64,000 nt of DNA from Tubulanus polymorphus (GCF_964204645.1 NC_134034.1:8878962-8942961); one strand, 5' to 3'; counted from the stretch's first letter, positions 24,584-38,178 are shown. Program-made: numbers and translations. The notes: generated by a model from the letters alone, not told the origin.

Positions 24584-25650
24584 ACTAGGGGTCCAGGGAC
24601 ACCATGCCCACTTGGGAAGTGGGGTTCAAAAGCTCAACAATCTAACAATTTCAATATTCAACGCCCCCTGGTGAACATATACAAAAACCAATGACCTTGA
24701 AACTCACCACAATCATAGAACATGTCATATGCAACGATTCTGTAATTGATTGTGATAACAAAATATGCCTCGTTACCAATTTAATATGGAAATACTAATT
24801 TATTCTACAATTCAACGCCCCCTGGTGACCATATTCAAAACCCAATGACCTTGAAACTCGCCACAATCATGCCATGAACTACAACTTTGCAGTTGATCAT
24901 GTAAACAAAATATGCCTAGGCACCAATATGATAAGGAAATACTAAGTTATTCTACTATTCAATGCCCTCTGGTGACCATATAGAACAACTAATGTCCTTA
25001 AAACAGACCACAATCATAGGCGATGTCATGAGCTACAACTTTGCAATTGATTGTGGCAACAAAATATGCATTGGTACAAATATAATATAGAAATACTAAG
25101 ATATTATATTATTCAACGCCACCTGGTGGCCATATACAAAAACTAATGACCTTGAAACTCACCACAATCATAGAACACCTTATAATCTACAACTTTCTAA
25201 TTCATTGCCGTAACAAAATATGCTGGCCAAAATTGACAATTTTGGGCACTAAAAAGGTCATCGGATGGCCATCCTGAGTCCGATCGACCCAATTTTTGTT
25301 ATGCTCACGGGCCCTGGGGGTTGCAAATATATACGAAAGATCAAGGTAATTGATCAAAGCGTCTTCAAAATTTCCCTCAAATAGTTCAAAAACGTATTAA
25401 AAAGTGCTGATTTTGGCAAACAACAATGGCTGCCAGTCGGCCATCTTGATTCTGACAGGGCCAGTTTTTGGGCTGATGATGTGTCTAGGGTAGATACACC
25501 AGTAACCCAAATATCAAGACATTACATTGAAGCGTCTTCAAAACTTCCCAAAATTACTGGATTCCGTCTATGGACGGACGAACAGACGGACGACGGACGA
25601 AAAGTGAACGCAATAGCCCGCTGGGACTAAAGTCCCAAGTGGGCTAAAAA
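24584..25650. mobile_element. HINE/DINE-like element family B with internal ~150-bp tandem array
   Basis: Subterminal inverted motif gcccactt/aagtgggc, four units marked by ttcaacgccccctggtga (~24657, 24811, 24958, 25112), GGAC microsatellite, terminal hairpin tgggact-aa-agtccca, A-run. Confidence 0.75.
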
Positions 25651-26183
25651 TGGATCTGTCCTTTTATGAACTCATCTTAAGCACCTGCTGAGTCGATAGA
25701 TTGAGTGAATTTACAGATAAGAACGTTTTATGAATTGGAATAGTTTTAAGAAGTTAATCTTTTTATTGAAATATTTGAATATATACATATATTGTAGTGT
25801 AGATTCAATCAATAAATTATGAATTGATTTGGTCTGGGTTTCCGGCCAATTTTGATTTTGGCTTTAATCGATTACAAATTCTATAGTGATAAACAATTTA
25901 TACCTGCAACATGTGTGTAAATCAAACCTATTCCACTAGTCGCGTGTGTTTCCTAATAAACGGGAGAGTCACTCTTGATCTGAGTGATTAGAAAAATAAT
26001 GGGTATTTGGTTATAGAAGTTCATTGCCTTTTTGAAAATTCTATAATAATATTTGTTCTGTCCTAATTTTTTGACGCCTTATAAAACGTTAGCATTATGA
26101 AACCTAAACAATGTTAACCATTCAGCGTCATTTTACAAACGACAAGCGTAAATCGGTGTGCAAAACGTCACAGGTCTATGTGT

Positions 26184-29100
26184 ACAGTAACAGTAACAGT
26201 AACAGTAGCATTGATTGACCGCTTTGGCGATCTTAACAGTGTTTAACGATACAGAGTTGTAAGATTTTAAAGTTAATGCACATTTGCCGAGGTATCATTA
26301 GCGTCTGTATAGTTTGTAGTTAGTTTTTAGTTCATAGTCTTTCCAATAATCGTCCAGCCGAGCCTTGAACGAATTCACAGATGGTGTTTCCACAACTTCT
26401 GTCGGCAGACTGTTCCAGTAATTGATAATTCTATTTGTAAAATATTTCAGTCTAATGTTCTTGCGGCATCGTCTTTTTTCCAACTTGTAAGGATGTCCTC
26501 TGGTGAAACGGCGTCTAGCATCTAACATGATAATATCATTATCGGTGGAATATACGTTAGTTACTAGTTTGAAGGTCTCGATCATGTCATAGCGTAATCG
26601 CCTATAAGTGAGACAAGGAATTTTAAGATATTTTAATCTTTCTTCATACGGCAAGTTTTTTACATTCACAATCATTCTCGTCGCTCTTCCTTGAATACTC
26701 TCTAATTTATCTATTTCCGACAGAGAAATATTAGACCACACTATTGGATTGTTGTAGTCCAGAATTGGTCGAACCAGTGATTTGTACAGCAACACAAACG
26801 CTTTGCTATCACGAACATTGATGGTTCTTTTTATGGTGTATAGCACCCTATTTGCTTTCAGAACGACGTCGTTCACATGACGTTTGAAATTCAATGTATC
26901 ATCAATTGTTATTCCTAAATCGCGTTTGTGTTCCAATGTTTTGATGACATTACCCTGAAGTTCGTAGTTGGAAGTCGGTTCAACGCATCCAATTCGTAAC
27001 CTATTTGCCTTATCAGGGTGGAATTTTAATTTCCACTCATCCGACCTACTCATTGCGATATCAAGACTATGCTAAAGATCATGACAGTCGTCTAAAGACT
27101 CGATAACTTTGTATAATTTCGTATCATCCGCAAAAAGCTTCACTGGAGTGGTAATTTTTGCAGGTACGATATTTTTTTGCTACATGTTTGTCACCCTTTT
27201 TAAATAATGGGGATATAGATCCCAGTTTCCAGTCAGAAGGAATTATGCCTGATTCTAGTGACTTCTGAATGATAATGGTTAATGGTTTATAAATCTCATT
27301 TCTCGCTTCGTATATTACTCGCGGATGTATGTCTTCTGGATCAGCTGATTTGTTCACATTCATATTTTTTAGAAGTTTCATCACTTTTTCTTCGGATATG
27401 ACCAGATTTCCTAATTCAGTATGGTCTGAATGAAACTTGGGTTGGATGCTGCACAATCGGGTCTTCATGAGTAAAAACGGATCAGAAAAACTCTGACAAA
27501 ACTTCCGCTTTTTCTTCGTCTGATTCAGTATAGCGATTTCCATCATCGGGAACAATTAAATGTGGAATACCATTGTTAGAGGACATTTTCGATTTGGCAT
27601 ACTGCCAGAAAACTTTCGGATTATTGTTCACAGAATTAGCAATATTAATTTCTATATCTCTTTTTGTTTTTCTCACTTCTGATCATGATCTTTTTCTCGC
27701 CTCAATGTAGATGCTGTAGTCTTGGTCGCTTCTGGTTTTCAGGAATTTTTTCCATGCTTTGGTTTTTGCTTTTACAGAGTTAAGGGTACACTTTGTCATC
27801 CAAAGCGGTCTTAGTTTTTTATCTCTGTTAATTTTGATTGTTGGGATACATATCTCTATAGGAGCATTTAATTTCTTTTTTCAGATCAGCCAACATTCTT
27901 CGGGATTTTTACCATTAAATAACTCATACCAATCAACAGACATTAATTCGCACAGTTTCTTGTAATCACCTTTCGAATACTGAACTCTCCTGTAGAGTGA
28001 TCTGTCATATATAGTTTCAGTTTCATATTCCAATGAAATTAAATTGTGGTCACTTCTTCCTAGACCTGCATTGTGACAGATGTTTTTGACTTTCTCGTCT
28101 GTGTTAGTAAATATCAAATCCAAATTACTGGGTCTGTTATCGGCTCTAAAACGAGATAGTTGAAGTTGGTGTTGAATCAAGGATGCATCAAGGCTACTCT
28201 CTAGAAATTGTGATGCTGGATGAGTGTTTGGCTTAGCACACGTGAGATTTGTCCAGTCAATCTCGCCGTAGTTGAAATCACCAAAGAAAAGAACTTCACC
28301 ATTCCATCGCGATATATCATCTAACAAGTTCATTAGATTGTCATTGTTATCTTTGCTGGAGTTCGGACTTCGATAAATACAACCGATGTATAATGATCTT
28401 TTATCACCGACATTAATTCTCGCCCAGACGTTTTCTGTAAATTCTTTGGTCTGTTTAGTAGAATATTTCACTGGACTTAAGTTAGTTTTCGATCTTAAAA
28501 TAGGGATTGTCCCCATTATTTATTTATTTGGCTGGTAAATTTTGTTTGATTTTTCGATTGAGTGTCCCTTACAGACCCACCACACCTGCCGGGAGCGAAC
28601 AGGGGGTTTGATTTTGAAATCGGAAATCGAAGTACAGATATAGATGTGTGATCGGCGGTCGAGTAAACAGAATATTTTAAAATCGAAGTACATAATTGGA
28701 AATTCGGTTCCGCTTCATCCAAACAATCTTCCATTCAGTCTGAACCGGCAAGCGACTGATTGGGATGAATTTTTCTGGCTGCCTAATTTAATACAATGAG
28801 ATTCTGGAAATAGCTATATTACAAGATCATTTTGTCCATTTTTATATTTTTTGGTCGTTTTCTACGTGTAAATAGTCCGATAGTTTAGTGTGGTTTTTTT
28901 CCTCGGGTAGATGTTGATGTAGAAGTCCTCTAAGTTGATGATCCCGCGTGTTGACTAGATAGGAAGAAAGCACATTTCGAAACGCAAACTTAAGTTAGTT
29001 TTAATGTATAAACATATTCCACGTCCTTCTTCGTTAGAGGAAAAATTTGTAAAACACTCATAGCCATCTAGTTTCAATATGTTTTCATCAGCTCTATATC

Positions 29101-29225
29101 TCCGTTGATTTTTCGGTTTAACTTCACATACTCCTATGATTTGGGGCATTTGTTGATTAACTAACAGTTCGAATTCGTCAAATTTATTGAAGAGTTGATC
29201 GGCATTTGTACACATACAAGCTATT
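26184..29225 (-). mobile_element. CR1-clade non-LTR retrotransposon, degenerate ORF2 with internal RT deletion
   Basis: APE motifs (CTNA, IIGVCEVKP, IYRSPNS, GDFNY, LDLIFTN), NPKVFW, KSADPEDIHP, PSDWK...PLFKKG, LFADD, RDLGI, YKSLVRPILDY, TRGH, NYWNSLP; (TACTGT)n tail at 26184-26207. Confidence 0.92.
28490..28987. mobile_element. ~500-bp insertion in the LINE endonuclease with 15-bp target duplication
   Basis: acttaagttagtttt at 28475-28489 and 28988-29002; LINE coding sequence resumes on both sides. Confidence 0.75.
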
Positions 29226-30504
29226 TGGCAAAATATAGTTGACTAAGATTTATAATGGCTTCCTGTGATTATATAATGACCTCTATTTGAACGTCGAAAT
29301 GTTATATTGCATTGAACATCATTAGAAGACGTTTTGTAATAGTAAAGGATGTATGATTATATCAGAAGCGGCAGGCATAAATAGAAATGATAAGTAAATC
29401 GGATTTTTCGGTAGAATGGCGGATGTATACACGATAAAAAGTTTGATATAAAAGTCAGACACTGACATGGGGATGCTGGTGGAATGACGAAGCTATCTAC
29501 GATCTGTGTAGGGCCGGCGTGAATTTCATCAGCGGCTACAAGTGGTCCATATAAAAATGTGTGAATATATTATTTCAATATTCAAATGTTTTAGAAAATA
29601 TGCTGTCATATACGGCTCCGCGTCCTCGTGGCGTGTGTATTAATTAGGTGACAATTCAATTCAATTCTTTATTGATCCTTATTACATTGAAATTCCGGGA
29701 TAAAATTCCCAAATTCAATAAAGTTACAAATTTTAGAATAAGAAAATTTAACATAGAAGACACACGGGTAATTCATACAGAATAATATAAACAAGTTATT
29801 TTGAATGACAATGTCTACTTCAACCCCCAGATCAAGATAGGATATCGAGTGACAGCCAAACCGGGCCGGCTGGCTAAGCCACATTATATGCTCGAAGTCA
29901 TGATGAAGCAGACATCAGAAGAGCTCTTTCTTCAATCATGGAGGCAATGAAGTTGCATTGACAATTTTCAATAAAAAAAATTAAACCACTACTCAGTACA
30001 GTCAGATCTGTATCATCAACCCAATCGCCAAATCTCATAATTCCCCAAATTTCTTAAAGCTTCGATTTCAAATTTGCAATTCCACATTAGATTATCCCAG
30101 AAATTCTACATTTTTTCGCAGGCGTCAAATAATTTATTAAAATTAATTTTCTTGTTATTACTGTATGGACCAATGATATGCTATGTATATGATGTAATAA
30201 AATAAATTTGAATTTAAATAAATTTGAATATGAGAATCAAGCATAACTTGTGTTTTTTCAACTTGTCTTACTTGTCTCTCGTTAACAGTTCCAGAGTTTC
30301 AATTACAATCAAATCCAAATTGGCTAAAAAGTACATAGGACTAAATGAAATGAACTGTTATTCACTGCAAACCTATTCCAGTGTTATGTCGATCGTGTTG
30401 AATCACTTTGCTTGAGTTGAAAGAATCAGAAATTCTATGGTGCAACATCGGTCGAATAGAGATATCTCGGTGTTGACTGTCCTTGACCATTTAACATGTG
30501 TTTA

Positions 30505-32052
30505 TTAGGGTTTTCTGTTGCTTCACAGAAAACCCTATTGAAATTCGCGTGATTATTATTTTTTTCCCTTTTCCACATAGTTTTTTTTAAAGTGTAAAGG
30601 CTTCCTTACCTTACCGCTGTCGCCGATACAATCCGTATGATATCCTTCAGCTCACTTCAATCTCCAGATACTGCATGGGAATTTTGATAAATCCACGTTA
30701 TAAAGGCACTGTCGAGCCGTAAACATCGGAAATTTGGCTCCGTTCAATTAGAAGCCATGTTGTGTTTTCTTTCCGAAATTTCTCTCTTCTTTATGAGAAA
30801 GAGCTATCGAATTATTCCCTCTCTTCTCCACAATCAATTTCAAAGTCAATTTTATGAATTTATTGCTCAGTGGGTCCGAGTCCAAGAGTTGACGAGTCTG
30901 GCGTTTGCGTGTCTGACAGGTTAACGGGCATTTGTTTGTTACTACTTTAATATTTTTGATTTCTTGTTATTCCGGTTATTTCATTTAAGTATATTGCTGA
31001 TCAGTTCATGTAACTAAAAGCGTCAATAAACAGATTTTGAATTGATCAAGTTTAAATCAAGGTCGTTGAGTCGCGGAGGGCTGCTAGAATTACGTTCGTC
31101 TCAGAGAGAAAACAAACGACGGAAAAGTATCAGGTGATTATCGATAGCCTACTACGGTACACACAGTTGACAAACAGTGTTAGGCCTGTGCCGGTTGGTG
31201 CGTACTGGGAATAAAAATACTGGTTGGTCAGTTGGTTCGGTTGTGAAGTGTGGAAGCTAAGAAAGCCTACCGCAGTACCGGTATTTATTTGTCTATAGGC
31301 CTATTATATAGTTGCCAATACCAGTAAGTACGTAGTTGTTACTCGTACGTGACTGTATGGTGATCTCCACAGGTTAACCGTACGTGAGTTCCCTACTAAC
31401 GCCGTACGTGAGTTCCTAGTAGCCAATACCATTTTTTAAGTACGAAGTTGTTACCCGTACGTGCCAGTGACTGTACGGTGATATCCACAGGTTAACCGTA
31501 CGTGAGTTCCCCATAAGTGAGTTCCTATAATCTGCAAACGTGCATGCGTGAAAGAATAGAGTTTGGGTTAGGTGAGGCTAGGCTATTTGTAAATCAAATT
31601 TCATCCACCCTGCAGTTACAGTTAGTCTGTGGCACATTGGGTAAATCACTGGACTACAACTGGATTTTTTTTTCGTTTGGTTTCGAATCCCAATATTGCA
31701 AGTCTGAGCGTCAACATACTCACATACGGCTAACCTGTAGAAATCACCGTACAGTCAATCAACCGTACAGTCACGTACAGGTAACAACAGCGTTTTAAGT
31801 ACCGGGTATTAAGTGAGTACGACAAGCCTACCATGCCTATGTACTACAAACACAACTTTTTCCCTCTCGTCGGCCCTACAGTGATGTTACTATAACTGGT
31901 GCAATTATAACATGGATAGGATTTGGCCAGGACTAGCCTAAAGTCTAATTCAGTCTATGTACTAATTCACTCGATAGGCCTATTTTTAAAACAATACACT
32001 GAAGTATTCACACGCAAAAAGGCTAATTGATTTGAGCCATGCTATTAAATTT
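30505..32052. mobile_element. Inverted copy of family A repeat lacking the Harbinger
   Basis: Reverse complement of ~19465-20346 plus 23696-24322; single CAG at 31131-31133 is the empty site. Confidence 0.9.
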
Positions 32053-33569
32053 TGATGCAGATTGAAGTGAGCGGAAGGATATCATACGGATTGTATCGGC
32101 AACAGCGGTAATGTAAGGAAGCCTTTACACTTTTAACAAAAACTGTGTGGAAAAGGGAAAAAATAATAAAAATAGCTGCGAGCAGCGATAACGGGTTTCT
32201 GCCTTTCTGGATAAAATTTCGTTCAGGGATGCGAGCAAAGATTTCACCCGAAATCAGTTCGTTACATTCCGATTTTTTTGAAAGAGTGCCACCTAGGGGT
32301 CAACTCACAACATGGATATGTTGACCCACATGTGCTACTACGCGCAAAGTGCTAATCCTCTTCACCCGTCAAGGGATTCGAACCCACTCTGCTAAAGCCA
32401 TTCCCCGAACCCCTTGACCTCACGAGTCGTTGGAGTCGTTACTAGCCGACCAGAATCAGGTCGGGCCAATCACAGCGCTTGTTACAAACGACATTAGGCA
32501 TCTATGGAATTTCCCGGTAAATGGAGCAATCAGCGAACATGTAGCGAATGCGGAAGTATTGTCGCATGTTGATTTATGACGTCATGCACAACAGCGCCAG
32601 TAATGAAATCACGCTTCGTGAAGCCAGGGGGCTGGTGGAAGCGAGTTCGGGAGCGATACCGGACCCCTGGCAAGCGAGGATGAGTACTAATGTGCCAGGT
32701 TTTGGGGGAAATAACATCGAGAAGAACGAAGCTACGGTGTTTTTACGATTCCCTAGTTACAGTTTAAGCGCATATTCGGTTATTATTAGTTCCAAAAAAA
32801 GTTGACTAGATAAGAAAACCGAATTTGGCCCAAAGCACAAATTTGGCCTATAGGGTAAACTATGCAGGAGGGAAGGCCTTAGGCCTATAGTGTTACTATT
32901 AGTAGAGGAGTGACAAGTCAGTCTGACAAGTCAAGCGATCAGCTGGGGACTGCAATTCACAAATGAAATTGACATCCAATAACCTTTATAAAAACGTAAT
33001 CACGAACGGTACCATCACTCCCCATTACTGACTGTCACTGGTCTCTGGCTCGCAATCATTCTTTATCGGTGCAGTGGGTAGGTATTTTCAACTGACTTTG
33101 TTCTTCTATGACATTACCATCGCCGCTGCGTCACGATGTGATGTACATGTACAAGGGACCTCCAATTTGTAATGTATGTGATGTATAAACTGACTTTAAA
33201 CCGTTTAATATCGACGATAACAAGGTATCACCGACGCTGACATTTTCTGACGCTAACTAGTATGCTAGTATGACCCGCCTTTTGGACCGGACCAATTCAA
33301 TTCAATTAAGAAAATGCGTACCGGTACAGTAAATAAATAAACCGCTGTTGATTTTTTCGAACTATTGAAGTATCCACGAACAAAACTATACTATTATAGA
33401 ATGTTTAAAAGGAATTGCTTTTAATAACAGCATGAATAAACTTACTTTACAAAAGAGGAAGTACATTTTTAACTTTTGAATGGTCGAACCCCAGTTATTC
33501 ACAGTAACCTGCAATTTGGATATTCTCGGAGCCTTCCTTCTTTATTTATTTATGAAATGACGTCACAAA

Positions 33570-34200
33570 CAAAATTGTTAGACTGTTAAAATGTTAAATT
33601 TTTTGACTGTTGAAATGTTAAATTGTTATTTGATTTAATCATTTAAAAGTTTAACATTTTAAAAATGATTATAAAATATTAAATCAAAAACTAGTAAGTA
33701 TTTATTAATCTTTTAATTTTTTTCCTTAAATAAATGTATGATTACAATATTCCAACCGGAAGTAGTGACTTGAAACATCATCGTGTAGCAGGAGGGCTAA
33801 TTCTAGCCGCGCTATACTTTTATTTTAAGAATATTAGTAAAGATTTATTAAATGAAAGTATAGAATTAAGTAAGAAATTAAAGAAGTTGAAGTAAAATGG
33901 AAATAATCATTAGAATAATAATAATAAAAAACTTAATATTGAAAAACATTTAGCGGATTAAGACATTTCTTTACGCGACACTAGAATTATATTAGTTAGT
34001 TAGTTCATTAAATTTCTAATTGAACACTATTTAAATATAAAGTATCAAGAAATATAAGATTTAAATAAGAATTATAATAAATTACTTCATAATGAAACCT
34101 AGTTAAGATCTAATGTATAATTACCTAATAGATTTTAAAAAGAATTGAAAAAGAAATTTCAATATCTTTTTTATATCTCTCATTTTAATTCGATAATCTA
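33570..34200. mobile_element. Second AT-rich Polinton-like relic, inverted relative to 14860-15250
   Basis: Diverged reverse-complement similarity including the small ORF and upstream tgttaaa/ctgtt repeats. Confidence 0.5.
33734..33895 (+). CDS. 53-aa paralog of the small protein at 14890-15042
   Basis: TAAATG start; MYDYNIPTGSSDLKHHRVAGGLILAALYFYFKNISKDLLNESIELSKKLKKLK*. Confidence 0.6.
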   Translation: MYDYNIPTGSSDLKHHRVAGGLILAALYFYFKNISKDLLNESIELSKKLKKLK

Positions 34201-34384
34201 TAAGTATGTGTAACATCTTCTGTTGGATATTTACATCTTCATATTGCCCATATAAAATTGTTCATCATCACCCAATTTACACTTACTCACGAAGGCAGTT
34301 AAGGTTTCAGGTAATTTTATGAAATAATAGTTTAGTCGTACATGTATGTATGGTTAATGAAATATGGTATGATATTAAAAGAGA

Positions 34385-35005
34385 TGAATCTGTTTAAGTT
34401 TGCCGTGGTTTGAGTCAGGAATCTCCGTCGCTTGTTGGTGGTTTAGACGAAGACCGGAGTTCTTTCGAAGCTGTTAAAGCGTCAGGTAGTTGTAAAATGA
34501 ATAGTTCGTTGTTGTTCCTGATAAAATTCCAATCAAATTACCGCATCTAATTAGATGAGGCTCTTTTAGGCCGTTGTGGTTTGAGGCAGGAGTCTCAGTC
34601 GCCTGTTGGTGGTTTAGACGAAGACCGGAGTTCTTTCACATCTGTTAAAGCGTCAAGTAGTTATAAAATGAATAGTTCGTTGTTGTTCCTGATAAAATTC
34701 CAATCAAATTACGGCATTTAATTCGATGAGTCTCTTTTAGTTTGCCGTGGTTTGAGTCAGGAGTCCCCGTCACCTACTGGTTTTTTAAACGAAGACTGGA
34801 GTTCTTTCACAGCTGTTAAAGCGTCAGATAGTTGTAAAATGAATAGTTCGTTGTTGTTCTTGATAAAATTCCAAACAAATTACCGCATCTCGTAATAGGA
34901 GTCTCTTTTAGGTCGTTGTGGTTTAAGTCAGGAGTCTCCATCGCCTGTTGGTGGTTTAGACGAAGACCGGAGTTCTTTCACAGCTGTTGAAGCGTCAGGT
35001 AGTTA
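34385..35005. repeat. Tandem repeat, ~171-bp unit, ~3.6 copies
   Basis: gtggtttgagtcagg...ttagacgaagaccggagttctttc...atgaatagttcgttgttgttc recurs at ~34400, 34570, 34741, 34912. Confidence 0.9.
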
Positions 35006-35383
35006 AATTTTTTCAACATTTAGATTATGTGAGTGCAAATATCTTTGATTTTGAAATTTCACATCAAATAAGATTTATTTGTTTGTAAAGTTTGTTTTGG
35101 ATATTTTTACATTTTTGAGGAATTTCATTTGATGGGATATGCAAGGGACTTTCTACATGATTTTTCTCAGAGATATGAATCAATGTTAGAAAAGTTAGCC
35201 ACTTTTGCTATGATGAATGGAGATGTTAGCGTAAGTCGCCTAGCCCAATTATGTTGATTTTTCAATTTACGAAGTACACTTTGAAGAGTTCTTCTGATAC
35301 CGCTTGGATAATGTAACCCTGCTATTTTCATATGTTAGCTTCAACATTTTGTCCATGTTTCAACATTTGGCTAAATCTATATA

Positions 35384-35845
35384 GCTGCGTTCACACGACA
35401 ACTAGTTAGACCGGTCTAAATGGGTCCGCACTGCGCCCGCAGGATGTCGCCATGAGTATTTTACCCCGAAATGTATGTAAATGATCATAGATTTATGATT
35501 CCCTGGCAGTTTTTTATTTGAACAATCTTGATGCAGTTTACCATATATCCGGACACATCAACCTATAATACATTCTAGGTAATTTCCAGAACGATTTATA
35601 CGGATATCTATTCAACTCTCAACATACGCTGAGATTTTAAGATAAATAATAATCCTTTAGCGTACACATTAATTTTAGGTAATATAGAAATTATATGAAA
35701 TCTTAAACTATAATAATAAGCTTGATAAGGAATTGCTGACGATATAATTGAATTCATATTGCGAGTACGATTTAGACCGGTTCCTACTACCATTTTCTCT
35801 CCGCACACACACGACCGTTCTAAATAATGTCATCTGAACGCGCCT
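35384..35845. mobile_element. Degenerate MITE, possibly Harbinger-type
   Basis: gcgttcacacgaca ... tgtcatctgaacgc imperfect TIR, internal tagaccggt motifs. Confidence 0.4.
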
Positions 35846-36487
35846 ATACATTATATGTATGATAAACCTACGTATTTATCATTCTAGGAGGATCAGCATC
35901 AGATTGCTTTGATTGAGTTTGTATACAAGGAAACAAGCTACAATTATTCACGTTGTATAATTTCCGTTATTGACGTAAGTTCATTTGCCTAAGCTTGAGC
36001 TAATTATGAAAATATCTGGTACTTAAAACATTTCAAAATTGTTCTCTGTATTTATCTCTGACTTGAATTTAAGGATAACTAAAATCTCATACAATGTTTT
36101 TATGGTAACAGTATTGGTATTTTTAGGAAGTGGACTTTGGAAAGACCAGCAATTCAGAAAATTCAGCATGGTTGGTGATGGGGTATCGTATTCGCAATAT
36201 TTTCTTTCTATAGGAACAGTGCTTATCGATTATACCACCTACAAAGATCTATCCGGAATCGAGTTAGCATGACTGGCAACACTGGTATTGTACTACATTT
36301 TTGACTTGAACTATCCGAGACCTTTCAAGGAGTCCCTATCATATTTCAAGAAAATTGTCGTACAGGCGAACGGCCAAATTATTCAGCCATTTTACATGTA
36401 GTTAAATAATACATGTAGTTGAATTCCTGGAAAATCCAGCCTTGGTAAACTAATGAGTAGTTTGAGTAAAAATAAAATATCAGAGAT

Positions 36488-36670
36488 GAAATTTGACAGT
36501 GGGATTTAAAAGATCAGTTCGGTGGAGCAGATTTTGTGGCCTCTTAAAGTGAGAAGGGTCAGTGTGATTCTACGTGGCATTCATCAATTCATTCATCCTG
36601 ACCCTACTCACTTTAAAAGGCCACAACATTTGCTCCACTTAGCCGATCTTTAATTTCATGGTCAAATTTC
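36488..36670. repeat. Long imperfect hairpin (MITE-like)
   Basis: gaaatttgac...aaagatc...gtggagca...tgtggcc...taaagtgag...agggtcag mirrored by ctgaccct...ctcacttta...ggccaca...tgctccac...gatcttt...gtcaaatttc. Confidence 0.65.
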
Positions 36671-36994
36671 ATCTTCAATAATAATTTTTCATTAAAACTG
36701 TATGCTATAAAACTACATTTTATATAGGCAGTAACTATTAGGAATTTCATTTCAGGGGATATGTAAGGGATTTTCTAAGTGATTTTTCTCAGAGATATGA
36801 ATCAATGATTGAAAAGTTAGCCACTTTGGCTTTGATGAGTGGAGATATTATCATTTAGATGAACTAGAAAATGCGCATTCAGAAAAGAAATAAACCTAGA
36901 AAATCGGCAGAATTTTGAATTTGCTAGAACTATATGCTCTTCTTTGATTGTGTTTTTATTCCATGCTTAAGGCTGAACTGTTCAGATATACTAT

Positions 36995-37360
36995 ATTATG
37001 TTTTTTTAGTGATGCTGACTGAGATGGTCAGATATATATTTTAACATGTGAATGACATGTACTAATGCAGCTATCTAAAGGCAGCATTCTCTTGAAAAGA
37101 GCGTGTATGTATTTGATTTGCACTTACCGTGGCCAAATACATTGGTTGAGAATTTTGATTCAATCGAGTTTGTGCACAAAGAAACCAGATATATTTTATT
37201 ATGTTTTTCAGTGTTGCTGAATGAGATAGTCAGATATATATTTTAACATATGAATGACAGGTACTAATGCAGCCATTTAAAGGCAGCATTCTCTTAAAAA
37301 GAGCGTGTATGTATTTGATTTACGCTTCCTGTGGCCAAATACATTGGTTAAGAATGTTGA
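36995..37360. repeat. Local duplication of ~165 bp with ~200-bp period
   Basis: tgagatggtcagatatatattttaacat...gtggccaaatacattggtt occurs twice. Confidence 0.75.
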
Positions 37361-37494
37361 TACTTCCTTTTTGACAACTTTAATTCAAGATAATAACATT
37401 TTGGATTTCAAGACTAATTTCATCTTTTTGGTTATTCTGCCGGGCATCTGCTCAATTCTATAATACATGTATTCTTATTTTACGTTCTCGATGA

Positions 37495-37695
37495 GTTTTG
37501 CAATGTTCCCACTGGTGTTCCGGAGTTCCGAGAGCATGTTCCCAAAAGGTGTTCTTGCAATGTTCCCACAGGTGTTCCGGAGTTCTACAAGTATGTTCCC
37601 AAAAGGTGTTCTTGCAGTGTTCCCACTGGGGTTACGGAGTTCCAGGAGTATGTTCCCAAAAGTAGTTCTCGTAATGTTCCCACAGGTGTTCAATG
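37495..37695. repeat. 57-bp tandem repeat (tgttc-rich), ~3.5 copies
   Basis: ttgcaatgttcccac.ggtgttccggagtt...atgttcccaaaaggtgttc repeated. Confidence 0.85.
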
Positions 37696-38178
37696 ATTTA
37701 AATGTTCCAAAAGTCTACTCAACTGAAAATGTTCTAAGTAGTGTTCAAGATATGTTCTTAGTTTTTACAACGTACGTATATGAATACGTATACGGGAAGA
37801 AGGCTGAGGAAACGCCCAAATAAACAGGTCAGCCACCGAGAATAACCGACTAGAAAGATGATCCAGTGGTGCAGCCGGTCAACAACATTGATGGAGATTG
37901 TAGGGCCAACACTATGATTAACGTCTTGACGCAAGATCATCATTCCGATTTGCTGTGTGGCCTTCATCAAAAGTGATGTCAGATTAGATTTTAGAAAAAT
38001 TTCGAATTTACCGCGTTGTTTTCTCACAAAAGATTTACCTCTTACATTACCTCCTATACATTATCTCCTCGGGTATTTTGGCAATCATTTTCAAGGAAGA
38101 TAAAAAAAAACTCGGCGAAAACAGGAACATCTTCCATTAATTTTAATCATCGTTCTACATAAATGCACATCGACTTAT

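Noticed and set aside
32360-32400. tRNA gene (gggattcgaaccc B box)
   Set aside because: Only a B-box-like motif; no cloverleaf could be folded.
37467-37823. ORFs with MFPKGV / TFGNIL repeats
   Set aside because: Open frames arise from a 57-bp tandem repeat; no other coding evidence.
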